The notes under the pieces: model-generated | What the model was told of the DNA's origin: nothing | Database searches by the model: none | Seen by the model: the letters and a program-made list of their open reading frames with translations, nothing else | DNA from: Armatimonadia bacterium | GTDB taxonomy: Bacteria; Armatimonadota; Zipacnadia; Zipacnadales; UBA11051 | NCBI GenBank assembly: GCA_039683575.1 | Contig: JBDKRC010000144.1 | Coordinates: 1 to 13,432, forward strand | DNA length: 13,432 bases | Direction: 5' to 3' | Shown here: piece by piece, positions 1 through 8,216 of the stretch | Layout of the letters: every line of letters begins with the position of its first letter | Numbering within the stretch: position 1 is the stretch's first letter | Made by a program: the position numbers and the translations under genes

Positions 1-15
1 CCCTCTCCGTCGATT

Positions 16-2520
16 CTACTCCCCCCCCACCACCTTCCTCACGCCCACCGTCTCCGCCCCCGCCTTCCGCACCACCTCCACCCGCGCCTTTCCGCCCAGC
101 TTCACCTCATCCACCCTCTCCCCCACCTTCACCGCAAACCCACCCGCCGTCGCCGTAACCAACGGCAACTCCTTCACTCCTGGCTTCAGCGGATAGAACA
201 CATACGCCACCTGGCTCTCCCCATTCGCCTGCCACTCATACGTCGCCACCGGGATCGGCTCGCATTCCAGCCCGCTCTTGAGCGTCCACCCCAGCAGGAA
301 TGGGTCCTTCTGCCCCTTGATCACCTGCGCCCGCAGCCCCGCCTTCGCCACCGGGATGATCGCCAGGTTCGCCTTGTCGCCGTTGTCCGTCAGGATGGTC
401 TTCCCGTCCTCCAGCACCCGCGCCTCCGCCGGCCGCAGGTGGAAATACGCCCGGTAGTCGTGCAGCCGCTGATCCTTCGGCGTCAGCGTATCAATCACGA
501 TCCAGTAGTCCGGCTTCACGAACATGATCTCCCGCCGCTGAACCGCCACCCGCTCCTTCTTGGGCCCAAAGCCCTCGTCATACATCCCTGCGGCGTAGTC
601 AAACGCTTCGTTGCTGAACCACGGGTTATCCTGCGGCGCCTTGTTCACATAGCTGTCCCGCGCCTCGCCCCGCCGGTTCTGGCCCATCCCATCCACAAAC
701 ACCGTGCTATGCGCCGTAGCCCCGAGCACATACCGCCGCCAGTCCGACGCATCATAGGTATAAACGCCGGTATCAATCACCAGCCGGCTCCCATACGCGT
801 TCAACACAAACCCCAGCTTATCCTCGTGCTGGTGGCCATACCCGAACGGCCCGGCCTCGAAGGCGCAATACAGGTCCGCTGGCCCCCACCCGCCACGCAT
901 AGCGTATTGCCCTGCCCACTTGTAGGCATGCGACAGGCCCGCGGGCGCCTTCCCCTCGGCTCCCCTGGTCACCAGCCACTTCCAGTCCTCACGCCCCGGG
1001 AAGTACTTCAGCCCATCCGCGAGCGTCCTGCGCATGTCTGTGGGCCCGGAGTCGTTCCACGCCGGAGACGCCCCGTCGGGCGCCATCAGCCACATGTTGT
1101 AATCCCACATCCGCTCCAGCTTCGCCAGGTAATCAGCCGGCAGCGTCTGCCCGGTCAGCTTCGCGACCTCTACCAGACCCAGGAAGTTGTACAACGACAC
1201 CTGGTGGTAGCCCGGCGCCAGCTCAATCTGTGCCCCATCCGGATACACCTGCACATCAAGGTCCGCATACAGCCGTGCCACCGCCGTATCCCGCCAATCC
1301 GCCGCCTCCTTGAACTCCGGAAACAGCGCCCCCACATGATACAGCCCGTTGCACTCCATCGTCAGCCAGTTGCCCGAAGTCGGGTACTGCTTCAGATATC
1401 GCGCGTGCTCCACCATGGACTTGACCATGTCAATGATCGCGTCATCGGTGAAGCTTGGCGAAGACAAAAAGTAGAAGAACGTGTTCGGCCACGGCCCCGC
1501 CATCCGAATCCCGCACTCAATCGTCCGCCACCGCGAACCGGCCCCGTTGTTGACCTTGCCATTCGGAATCGGGCAGTCCCGCACCCAGTCCTGCAGGTTA
1601 TACACAAACTCCCGCGCGTACTTCTCATCCCCCGTCGCCCAGTACGCCCGCCCCAGTTGCGGCCACCAGTGGTGTCGGCTGAACTGCCACACCCACTCGT
1701 TGTTCACCGGGTTCGTCGGGTTGACCGTCCAGTCAATGTCCCCGCCCTTGAAGTCATACGGCACGCTACAGACCACATACCGCCGCTTCATGGCCTCCTC
1801 GGCCGCCCGCATGTCGGGCTTCGCCTCCGGCTGCTGCGGCCGGGCTCGCCAGTCAAAGCTCCACGGGTGCGGCAACCCCTTCAGATACTTCACATACTCC
1901 CGCCGCGCAGAGGCCCAGTCGCCCCTCCCCACCGCTTCCTTGACCGCTCCCAGCCCCTCCCGCTCCAGGTCCAGCGCCTCAAAGAACCCCTCGTCCGTCA
2001 GCCTCGGCCCCACCACCGGCCCGCGGTTCTCAAGCTTTACGTCATCCACGAAGACCACCGCCTCCGGGTTAGGCGTCTGCTCCCAACCCGTAGCTGTAAA
2101 CAGCATCCCGCCGATCTTGTCCCACCCCAGCGGCGTCCGCGCAGCCCCCAACTCTTCCCGCAGCCTGAACGTGAACTCCCGCCACGCCCCCGGCTGGACC
2201 GTAATCCGCGCCGAGTAGTAGTCCGAGCCCTCGGTCGCGTCATTCTCCGAAGCGATAATCATCATGAATGAGGCGCCCCCCAGCGTCTCCGTCCGCAGCC
2301 GCATCGTCAGCGTATCGAACCCGCTCCAGTCCCCCGGCACCTGCCCGAAGTTCACCGCCGACGTCTCGCCATGGTGCCAGCGCAGACACGCCGTCCCGCC
2401 ATGCGCGCCCACCTTCACGATCGTTGCCCCGCGCACTGGCTCGGTCTCGCCATAGATGACTTGCGCCCACAACACGCCGGGAATCAACAGAGAGAGGACT
2501 GCCGCAGTCAGAAAGCGCAT
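16..2520 (-). CDS. Secreted heparinase II/III-family polysaccharide lyase (heparinase III/PL12-like) with an N-terminal carbohydrate-binding-like beta-sandwich domain
   Basis: 834-aa ORF. Sec signal peptide MRFLTAAVLSLLIPGVLWA; RBS GAGGAG (2528-2533) 7 nt before ATG. Motifs recalled from heparinase III-type lyases: WVWQFSRHHWW, WRTIECGIR, SGNWLTME (Asn), QVYPDGAQIELAPGYH (Tyr), GHQHEDKLGF (His), DTGVYTY, AHSTVFVDG, RREIMFVKPDYWIVIDTL. The N-terminal ~150 aa (DWSGFDTL...WREFTF...GWDKI...VFVDDVKL) resemble a galactose-binding/CBM11-like fold. Substrate cannot be assigned from sequence. Confidence 0.88.
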   Translation of the reverse strand: MRFLTAAVLSLLIPGVLWAQVIYGETEPVRGATIVKVGAHGGTACLRWHHGETSAVNFGQVPGDWSGFDTLTMRLRTETLGGASFMMIIASENDATEGSDYYSARITVQPGAWREFTFRLREELGAARTPLGWDKIGGMLFTATGWEQTPNPEAVVFVDDVKLENRGPVVGPRLTDEGFFEALDLEREGLGAVKEAVGRGDWASARREYVKYLKGLPHPWSFDWRARPQQPEAKPDMRAAEEAMKRRYVVCSVPYDFKGGDIDWTVNPTNPVNNEWVWQFSRHHWWPQLGRAYWATGDEKYAREFVYNLQDWVRDCPIPNGKVNNGAGSRWRTIECGIRMAGPWPNTFFYFLSSPSFTDDAIIDMVKSMVEHARYLKQYPTSGNWLTMECNGLYHVGALFPEFKEAADWRDTAVARLYADLDVQVYPDGAQIELAPGYHQVSLYNFLGLVEVAKLTGQTLPADYLAKLERMWDYNMWLMAPDGASPAWNDSGPTDMRRTLADGLKYFPGREDWKWLVTRGAEGKAPAGLSHAYKWAGQYAMRGGWGPADLYCAFEAGPFGYGHQHEDKLGFVLNAYGSRLVIDTGVYTYDASDWRRYVLGATAHSTVFVDGMGQNRRGEARDSYVNKAPQDNPWFSNEAFDYAAGMYDEGFGPKKERVAVQRREIMFVKPDYWIVIDTLTPKDQRLHDYRAYFHLRPAEARVLEDGKTILTDNGDKANLAIIPVAKAGLRAQVIKGQKDPFLLGWTLKSGLECEPIPVATYEWQANGESQVAYVFYPLKPGVKELPLVTATAGGFAVKVGERVDEVKLGGKARVEVVRKAGAETVGVRKVVGGE

Positions 2521-2600
2521 GGGGCCACTCCTCAGGGGGGATTACATATGCCGAAATTCGCCGTGGACGGCTGTTCATCCTGCGCCGCGGCGTCGGCAGC

Positions 2601-3476
2601 TCAGCCGCCGAGCGCAATCGCGAAGATACCCACCAGCATCAGCGCCGTACCCGATGCCCGCCACACCAGGCCCTGCTCCTTGAGGGCTTTCGCGCCCAGT
2701 ATGACTCCGAATAGCAGGCCAATGTTGCGCAGTGACGCCACATACGCCACCGATCCGAGCTTCATGGCCGTCACAATCATGAAGTACGCCACGAACGACA
2801 CGACCATCACTATGAGGGCTGATTTCCAGTTGGCGCGCCACTCCAACGAGATGTCCTCGACGCGTCGCTGTCCAAACGTAAACAGCGTGAGAAACGCAAC
2901 CAGATACAGGTGCATGAGGCAGAGATAGGCCAGCGGCGAGTCCGCACGGACCGACCCTGCCTTGTCGAGCATGTGATACGCAGCTATCCCCACCGCTGCC
3001 AGCACTGCCATCCGCGACGCCGGTTGCAACATCTCCCGCCACGAGAAACCGCCATTGGCCCCGTTGCACGCCCCCACGCTCAGTACCAGGCTTCCGAGCA
3101 CGATCAACCCGATGCCGATGCCCCCGACCTCTGTAAGTCTCTCCCCCAGCAGCGGCCACGCGGCCACCGCGATGATCGCGGGCGCCAATCCACGAGACAG
3201 AGGGTACACATGCGACAGGTCGCCGCACGAGTAGCCCTTCCCCATCAGTGTGAGGTACGTCGCCTGGACCAGTCCACCCGCTACCGGAATGTACCACGGT
3301 CCGAAATTCGTGCCATGTAGCAGCATCCAAATGAGCGGTCCCAGCCAGACAATCGGGCTGACCGCCATCATGAGGAACATGAATGAGACTTGATCGCGGG
3401 CTTTCTTCGCCAGGAAGTTCCAGAAGGCATGCAGCACGGCAGAGCACAGCACCAGCAACAGCACGGAGAAACTCAT
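2601..3476 (-). CDS. DMT superfamily / EamA-family transporter
   Basis: 291-aa hydrophobic ORF with about 10 TM segments in two EamA repeats. Typical motifs SAVLHAFWNFLAK, Y..GDLSHVYPLSRG, LLGERL, AYVASLRNIGLLFGVILG...LKE. Ends in TGA at the expected domain end (…IALGG). Confidence 0.92.
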   Translation of the reverse strand: MSFSVLLLVLCSAVLHAFWNFLAKKARDQVSFMFLMMAVSPIVWLGPLIWMLLHGTNFGPWYIPVAGGLVQATYLTLMGKGYSCGDLSHVYPLSRGLAPAIIAVAAWPLLGERLTEVGGIGIGLIVLGSLVLSVGACNGANGGFSWREMLQPASRMAVLAAVGIAAYHMLDKAGSVRADSPLAYLCLMHLYLVAFLTLFTFGQRRVEDISLEWRANWKSALIVMVVSFVAYFMIVTAMKLGSVAYVASLRNIGLLFGVILGAKALKEQGLVWRASGTALMLVGIFAIALGG

Positions 3477-3506
3477 CTGCAGTCCAATCTACGACCTTCG
3501 TTCACG

Positions 3507-3567
3507 AAAACTGGGAATTGCCCTGGGGCGCCCGGCCTTCACCGCGCGCCCTCTGGCAATTCCCAGT
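3507..3567 (-). terminator. Long hairpin with short U-tract; probable intrinsic terminator of the peptidase-lipoprotein operon
   Basis: Perfect 13-bp inverted repeat ACTGGGAATTGCC (3510-3522) / GGCAATTCCCAGT (3555-3567), with inner pairing GGGCGC (3526-3531) / GCGCCC (3546-3551). On the minus strand it starts 22 nt after the lipoprotein stop and ends in TTTT (aaaa at 3507-3510). The U-tract is short. Confidence 0.6.
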
Positions 3568-3589
3568 CAGTAGCTCACAACTGAAGAGA

Positions 3590-4618
3590 CTATTCGGGAC
3601 TGGGCGGCACCTGCAGCCCCGCCACTGTGATTGTCACGAACTCGTTCGTCGGGGTAGTCGATACCTGGTTCGCCCAGTCAGTAACGATGTACTGCACCCG
3701 GTATGTCTGCGGATTCTGCTTCCCATCGGTCCCGTAGGGGTTGTTATTCGCCGGAAGCTCAGTCGTCGCCCGGTACGTTTCCTGCGTTCCCAACACCAGC
3801 GGCAACGTGATCCGGTATGAAGTCGTATCCGGCCGGAAGATCTCCGCCTGCACCGTCTTCACACCATCGCCGTCGGTGACCGCTACCGTAATGCTGACGT
3901 CCCCGCCGGTAGCCGGAAGTGACATCGGGGCGACCAGGAAGCTCGAAACGTCCGGGCTTCCCGCTTCTACCACAGTGATGTCAGACTCCGCCTCGACCGT
4001 ACCACACACCGCCCGCAGTTTGCCAGTCCCCTCCCGCGTGGCCGTGAAGATCACTTTCTTCGTCGAAGCGTCATAGCTGACCACGCCAACCCCGCCCGTG
4101 ACGTAGAACGTCGGCGTCACCGCAAGGGAGCCCGAGGAAGTCCGCACGGACGCAGTAAACGTTGCGCTGCCGTTCAGATCAACCTCAACCTCCTCTGGCG
4201 TAAGGTCAAGCACGCTCGGTGCCGGAGCGTCCACACGCAGCACCGTCACCATCACGCTCGTGGTGAGGTCCTTCTGCACCGGAACGCCGGTAACGGTCTG
4301 CTCGCCGTAAGTGGGCTCACCGATGGTATCAACCACGATTGTCTGGTTACCGACCGGGATCCCCCGGACGGTGAACGCTCCGGTTGTGCTCGTGGTCGCC
4401 ACGCCCAGTGGGCTCCCCGTCTCGCTCCGCACGATCACGGAAGCGCCCGAAATGCCCGATGTCGGGGCGTCGGCACGGACCACTCGTCCGGAGATCGTCC
4501 CGGTGTCGAGCGGATTGCCATCGTCGTGGGAGATCCCATCCCCACCGCCGCAGCCGCCCAGGACGAGAATGGCGAGGAGGATTGCGGCCAGGGTTGCGGC
4601 GAGCGGAAGACGCGTCAT
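3590..4618 (-). CDS. Lipoprotein with a carboxypeptidase-regulatory-like (transthyretin/CnaB-like) domain and two further Ig-like beta domains
   Basis: Preferred start is ATG 4618 (MTRLPLAATLAAILLAILVLGG-C) with AAAGGA about 10 nt upstream; the ORF track start is 4645. Lipobox LGG-C followed by a GGGDG linker. The segment TGTISGRVV…GISGASV…ATTSTTGAFTVRGIPVGNQTIVV is typical of CarboxypepD_reg-like domains. The rest is Thr/Val-rich beta sequence. Confidence 0.8.
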   Translation of the reverse strand: MTRLPLAATLAAILLAILVLGGCGGGDGISHDDGNPLDTGTISGRVVRADAPTSGISGASVIVRSETGSPLGVATTSTTGAFTVRGIPVGNQTIVVDTIGEPTYGEQTVTGVPVQKDLTTSVMVTVLRVDAPAPSVLDLTPEEVEVDLNGSATFTASVRTSSGSLAVTPTFYVTGGVGVVSYDASTKKVIFTATREGTGKLRAVCGTVEAESDITVVEAGSPDVSSFLVAPMSLPATGGDVSITVAVTDGDGVKTVQAEIFRPDTTSYRITLPLVLGTQETYRATTELPANNNPYGTDGKQNPQTYRVQYIVTDWANQVSTTPTNEFVTITVAGLQVPPSPE

Positions 4619-4672
4619 ACGTACTTCATCCTTTCCAGTGCCCACCGCGGCCGCGCGCGCGCGCCTTGACGG

Positions 4673-7600
4673 TTAGGGCGTAACCTTCAACGGGCTGATG
4701 GCCTTAACACTCTCACCCGACTCGCTGCGAGCGGTCACTTGCGCCAGGTACTGCCCTGCCGGCGCCCGCGTCCCCAGCTCCGTCCGGCCATCCCACAACA
4801 CCACATTATTCCCCGCCGGGCGCGTTTTCCCTTCTTCCACCAGCCGAACAACTCGCCCCGCCATGTTCATGATCGTAACATCCACCGCCGCAGCCGACGA
4901 CAGGTTCAGCGTCACCTGCGCGCCCCCGCCCCGCAGCGACTGGGCCGTGACGCCCTGCAGCATCAACTGGCCTGTCCGTTGCGTCGATACCGTCAACTGC
5001 AGGCTCCGCGTCGTCTCCCCCTCACGCGGCGTGAAGCTATAGCGTCCCACTGTCCGCAGGTATACGCTCTGCCCACCCGCCAGGTCCTTCAGGATTGCCG
5101 TTGCGCCCTTGGGAAGATGCGACAGGTCCGACGCCTTCAGCGTCACCGCCTGTCCCGCCTTGAGGTTCTCTATCTTCAGATTCCAGATTATATCGTTTGT
5201 GGAGGTCTGTGCAAGCGCCACACCATATCGCCCGCTGCCCTGCGTCCCCGGGCTGCTCACGCTGAGCACCGGCGCCCCTGTAGCCGGTGGCGGCTTGGCC
5301 AGCAGCACCTGCTTGCTCGCCGTCCCCACATAGCATGCCGCATCGGGCCCGGCCGCGCTGCCAATCTGCAGCGGCACCGACCATTCCACCTGCCACGGCC
5401 GCGCCGTGCGCCGCACCGCCTGCGTCCTCATGGTCCCGCTTGCGGCGCTGCTCACTCCCAGCGGCCGGCTAAGCGTCAGCGTGCAAGCCTTGCGCGCCAG
5501 CACCCAAAACCCCTGCCACGGCTGAATCAGCTTCGCTTCGCTGCCAACCGCCGGGTACGCCAACTCATAGACCTGCGCAGCGTCGTTGTAAGTCCACGCG
5601 AACGCGGCCATCACACCCGCCCCGTCCGCGCTTGTCAGGTCCATGGTGGCGCCGCTGTACGTCACAGTCGCCTCGGAAAAGTCTATCGTGGTGAAGAACG
5701 GGTTGGCAAGCTGGTGCCATCCCGGCGTCAAGTCGATCTCAAAGTCACCCGCGGGCGCCGACAGCCCGTCCGGGCTCACTGTCGTAGCCTGAGGCAGCTT
5801 CACCCAGAAACCCCTGCCGAGGTGCATCTGCAGCGTCTCCGGCACCGGTCGGCTCAGGGAATCGTAGAGGTACGCGCCACTCGACGGGGTCCACCGGCAG
5901 TAGCCGAAAGAGCCCGCCGGCAGCCCAAAGAACGTCGCCGGGTCACCGTCTGCAGGCACCGCCGGGGCGCCCATGAAGTGCAGCCCAGCCGCGAATGTTA
6001 TGTCGGTGTTCGAGTAGGACTGCACCGGCCCGATCCCCGTCAGGCTCCGATTCTCGTTACCCAGCGTATCCCGCACGCCAACGGCGTAGTAGTAACTGAC
6101 CCCGTCAGTGACCGCTGTATCGACATACTCGACAGTGCTGCTGGAGGTGATTGTGGCAATTGGCGTCAGGCTCGCAACCGAGTCAAAAGCCGTCCTTGAC
6201 CGGTAGACCCGGAACGAGGCGAAGTCCGCCGGAGCCGTGTAGGCACTCCAGGTCAAAACGATGGCCCCGCCACTGTCATCTGGCCTGTCGCTCACCCCAA
6301 GCCCGGCGACGGTTGCTGGCGGGCTGTCATTCAACGATTGCGTCGGTCCCACCAAGCTCGTGTCGGTCCACCGCGTGCCGTCAGTGACTCGCACCTTGTA
6401 GTAGTAGTCCGTCCCGTCCGTTACCGCGTTGTCTACATACCCCTCAGACCCCGGCGGCAGGCTCTTGAGCACCGTAAACGACCCGCTACCCCCTGTGCGG
6501 CGGTACACCTTGTAGGCTGTGACCGTATTGGAGCCCGCGCCATCGTCCGGCGACGTCTGCCACGTTAGCGTGATGCTGCCGCCATCGTCACCGCTCGTGT
6601 CCGCCGCCGCCAGATCCCGTGCCGCAGCCGGCGCCAGCGTCACCCCCAACGCCCGCGCGACATTGATCCGCCCGCCGCCAAGTCTCCCCGAGTACCCCGC
6701 ATTCAGCGAGTCAATGTTGTCGCCGCAACTCCGCACCCGCTCGATTACCTGCGCTGGCGTCCACGTCGGATTCTGGCTGATTATCAAGGCTGCCAGCCCT
6801 GCGACAAGCGGCGACGAAAACGACGTCCCGCTGTTGGTCTGGAAGTACTGGTTGAAGCCGCTTACCGTGGGGAAATAGGCCGCCGGGCCAAACAGCGCGT
6901 CCCCCGGTGCCATGACGTCGATGAAATGCGCCGTCGAGCTGTCGAAGTTGCTGTACGAGCTCTTGCGGTCATACCGGTCGGTCGCCCCTACGCCAATCAC
7001 GCAGTTGCTCGCCCAGACGTTCGTGCCGTCATTGCAGACCGGAGACTCCCAGGTGCTCGGCGCATCCGTAAGCTCGGCGCCGCTGTTACCACCGGCAACC
7101 ACCACCACACAACCCGCTTCATAGGCTGCCACGAGCGGCGCCGTGAACAGTTCCGTGTAATCGCCGCCGATGCTCAGATTGATCACATCGGCGCCCTTGG
7201 CCACCGCATAGTTGATCGCGTCAATTACGGTAGACACAGCCGTGCCGCCATCATCCGGGAATACCTGCAGCGGCATGATCTTGCAGCCCCAGGCCATCCC
7301 GGCCGTCCCATAGCTGTCATTCCCCAGCGCCCCCGCCAGCCCCGCCACCAGCGTCCCGTGGTTTACCTGCTCGTCGGCCTCACCGTTGTAGTCATCGTCC
7401 CTCCCATTGGGTGACGGGTTCGGATTGGCATTGTTGGAGTAGAAATCCCACCCGTTGACGTCGTCAATATAGCCGTTACCGTCGTCATCCCGCCCGTTCC
7501 CCGCTATCTCCCCGGGGTTGCGCCAGATCTTCCCGCTGAAGTCTGGATGGTCCATGTATACGCCCGAGTCTATGACCGCAATGACCACGCTGCTGCTGCC

Positions 7601-8053
7601 GGTCGTCACGTCCCAGCCCGCGGGACTCTGAATGATCGGGTGGTGCCACTGATCCGCGTACCGCGTATCATTGGGGACCAGCGCGGGGTACATCAGCAAA
7701 TCGGGTTCGGCCACGGCCACCGCCGGGTCCATCCGCAGGTCCCCTGCCATCTTCAGCACATCGCTGTTTGCCGGCAGATCCAGCGCATAGATTCGGTGCC
7801 CCAGCGAGCGCACCCGCCCGCTCTGCGCCTTGCCCAGCACCCCGGCCAGCTTCTGCGCATCCACACCCGGCCGCACCTGCACCAGCACGCGGTCGGCGAC
7901 CGCTAGACGCGCCTGCATTTTCGTCCCGTGCATCGTCCGCACCATCTTTGGCGAACCGATGGTCACGGTCTTCAGCGCGTCCGCTGCTGCCCCGGTCACT
8001 CCTGCGACCAAAAGCAAGAGCCCCAAAAGCAGCGGGCCGAAGGCCCGTAACAC
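4673..8053 (-). CDS. Secreted S8 (subtilisin-like) serine peptidase B with prodomain, two FN3-like repeats and a C-terminal FlgD-Ig-like domain (about 1126 aa)
   Basis: Catalytic motifs IAVIDSG (Asp), NHGTLVAG (His), VAGGNSG (oxyanion Asn), SGTSFSSPLVAG (Ser). Ca-binding insert NGRDDDGNGYIDDVNGWDF. C-terminus NMAGRVVR…WDGR…G…PAGQY. Start re-assigned to GTG 8053 (GGAGG just upstream with short spacing; signal peptide MLRAFGPLLLGLLLLVAGVTGAAA). The ORF-track N-terminus to 8398 overlaps the upstream paralog and looks like junk. The exact start is less certain than the product. Confidence 0.88.
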   Translation of the reverse strand: MLRAFGPLLLGLLLLVAGVTGAAADALKTVTIGSPKMVRTMHGTKMQARLAVADRVLVQVRPGVDAQKLAGVLGKAQSGRVRSLGHRIYALDLPANSDVLKMAGDLRMDPAVAVAEPDLLMYPALVPNDTRYADQWHHPIIQSPAGWDVTTGSSSVVIAVIDSGVYMDHPDFSGKIWRNPGEIAGNGRDDDGNGYIDDVNGWDFYSNNANPNPSPNGRDDDYNGEADEQVNHGTLVAGLAGALGNDSYGTAGMAWGCKIMPLQVFPDDGGTAVSTVIDAINYAVAKGADVINLSIGGDYTELFTAPLVAAYEAGCVVVVAGGNSGAELTDAPSTWESPVCNDGTNVWASNCVIGVGATDRYDRKSSYSNFDSSTAHFIDVMAPGDALFGPAAYFPTVSGFNQYFQTNSGTSFSSPLVAGLAALIISQNPTWTPAQVIERVRSCGDNIDSLNAGYSGRLGGGRINVARALGVTLAPAAARDLAAADTSGDDGGSITLTWQTSPDDGAGSNTVTAYKVYRRTGGSGSFTVLKSLPPGSEGYVDNAVTDGTDYYYKVRVTDGTRWTDTSLVGPTQSLNDSPPATVAGLGVSDRPDDSGGAIVLTWSAYTAPADFASFRVYRSRTAFDSVASLTPIATITSSSTVEYVDTAVTDGVSYYYAVGVRDTLGNENRSLTGIGPVQSYSNTDITFAAGLHFMGAPAVPADGDPATFFGLPAGSFGYCRWTPSSGAYLYDSLSRPVPETLQMHLGRGFWVKLPQATTVSPDGLSAPAGDFEIDLTPGWHQLANPFFTTIDFSEATVTYSGATMDLTSADGAGVMAAFAWTYNDAAQVYELAYPAVGSEAKLIQPWQGFWVLARKACTLTLSRPLGVSSAASGTMRTQAVRRTARPWQVEWSVPLQIGSAAGPDAACYVGTASKQVLLAKPPPATGAPVLSVSSPGTQGSGRYGVALAQTSTNDIIWNLKIENLKAGQAVTLKASDLSHLPKGATAILKDLAGGQSVYLRTVGRYSFTPREGETTRSLQLTVSTQRTGQLMLQGVTAQSLRGGGAQVTLNLSSAAAVDVTIMNMAGRVVRLVEEGKTRPAGNNVVLWDGRTELGTRAPAGQYLAQVTARSESGESVKAISPLKVTP

Positions 8054-8102
8054 GGACCTCCGGCTTAGCTGTTGAAGTGTGAGCGCGCGGGCGCAATTGT
8101 TG

Positions 8103-8216
8103 TTATCTGCGGAACGACAATCCTTGCACTGCATTGACAATCTGCCCGTCCTCGGTCCGGGCGCTGACTCTGACCAGATACACCCCGGCCGGGACCCGCA
8201 GCCCATTATCATTGCG
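8103..8216 (-). other. In-frame continuation of peptidase A beyond the TGA: 37 codons plus TAA that complete the FlgD-Ig-like domain
   Basis: Manual translation after TGA 8217-8219 gives RNDNGLRVPAGVYLVRVSARTEDGQIVNAVQGLSFRR, then TAA (8103-8105). It aligns without gaps to the last 37 aa of peptidase B (RTELGTRAPAGQYLAQVTARSESGESVKAISPLKVTP), 16/37 identical. Confidence 0.9.

Noticed and set aside
439-2271. 610-aa plus-strand ORF, and similar ones at 4739-6199, 10755-11540, 1481-2218 and 12389-13129
   Set aside because: Antisense shadows of well-supported minus-strand genes in GC-rich DNA; Arg/Pro/His- or Ser/Pro-rich with no recognisable motifs.
2575-3447. 290-aa alternative-frame ORF over the DMT gene
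   Set aside because: The overlapping frame 2601-3476 carries clear EamA motifs; this one has none.
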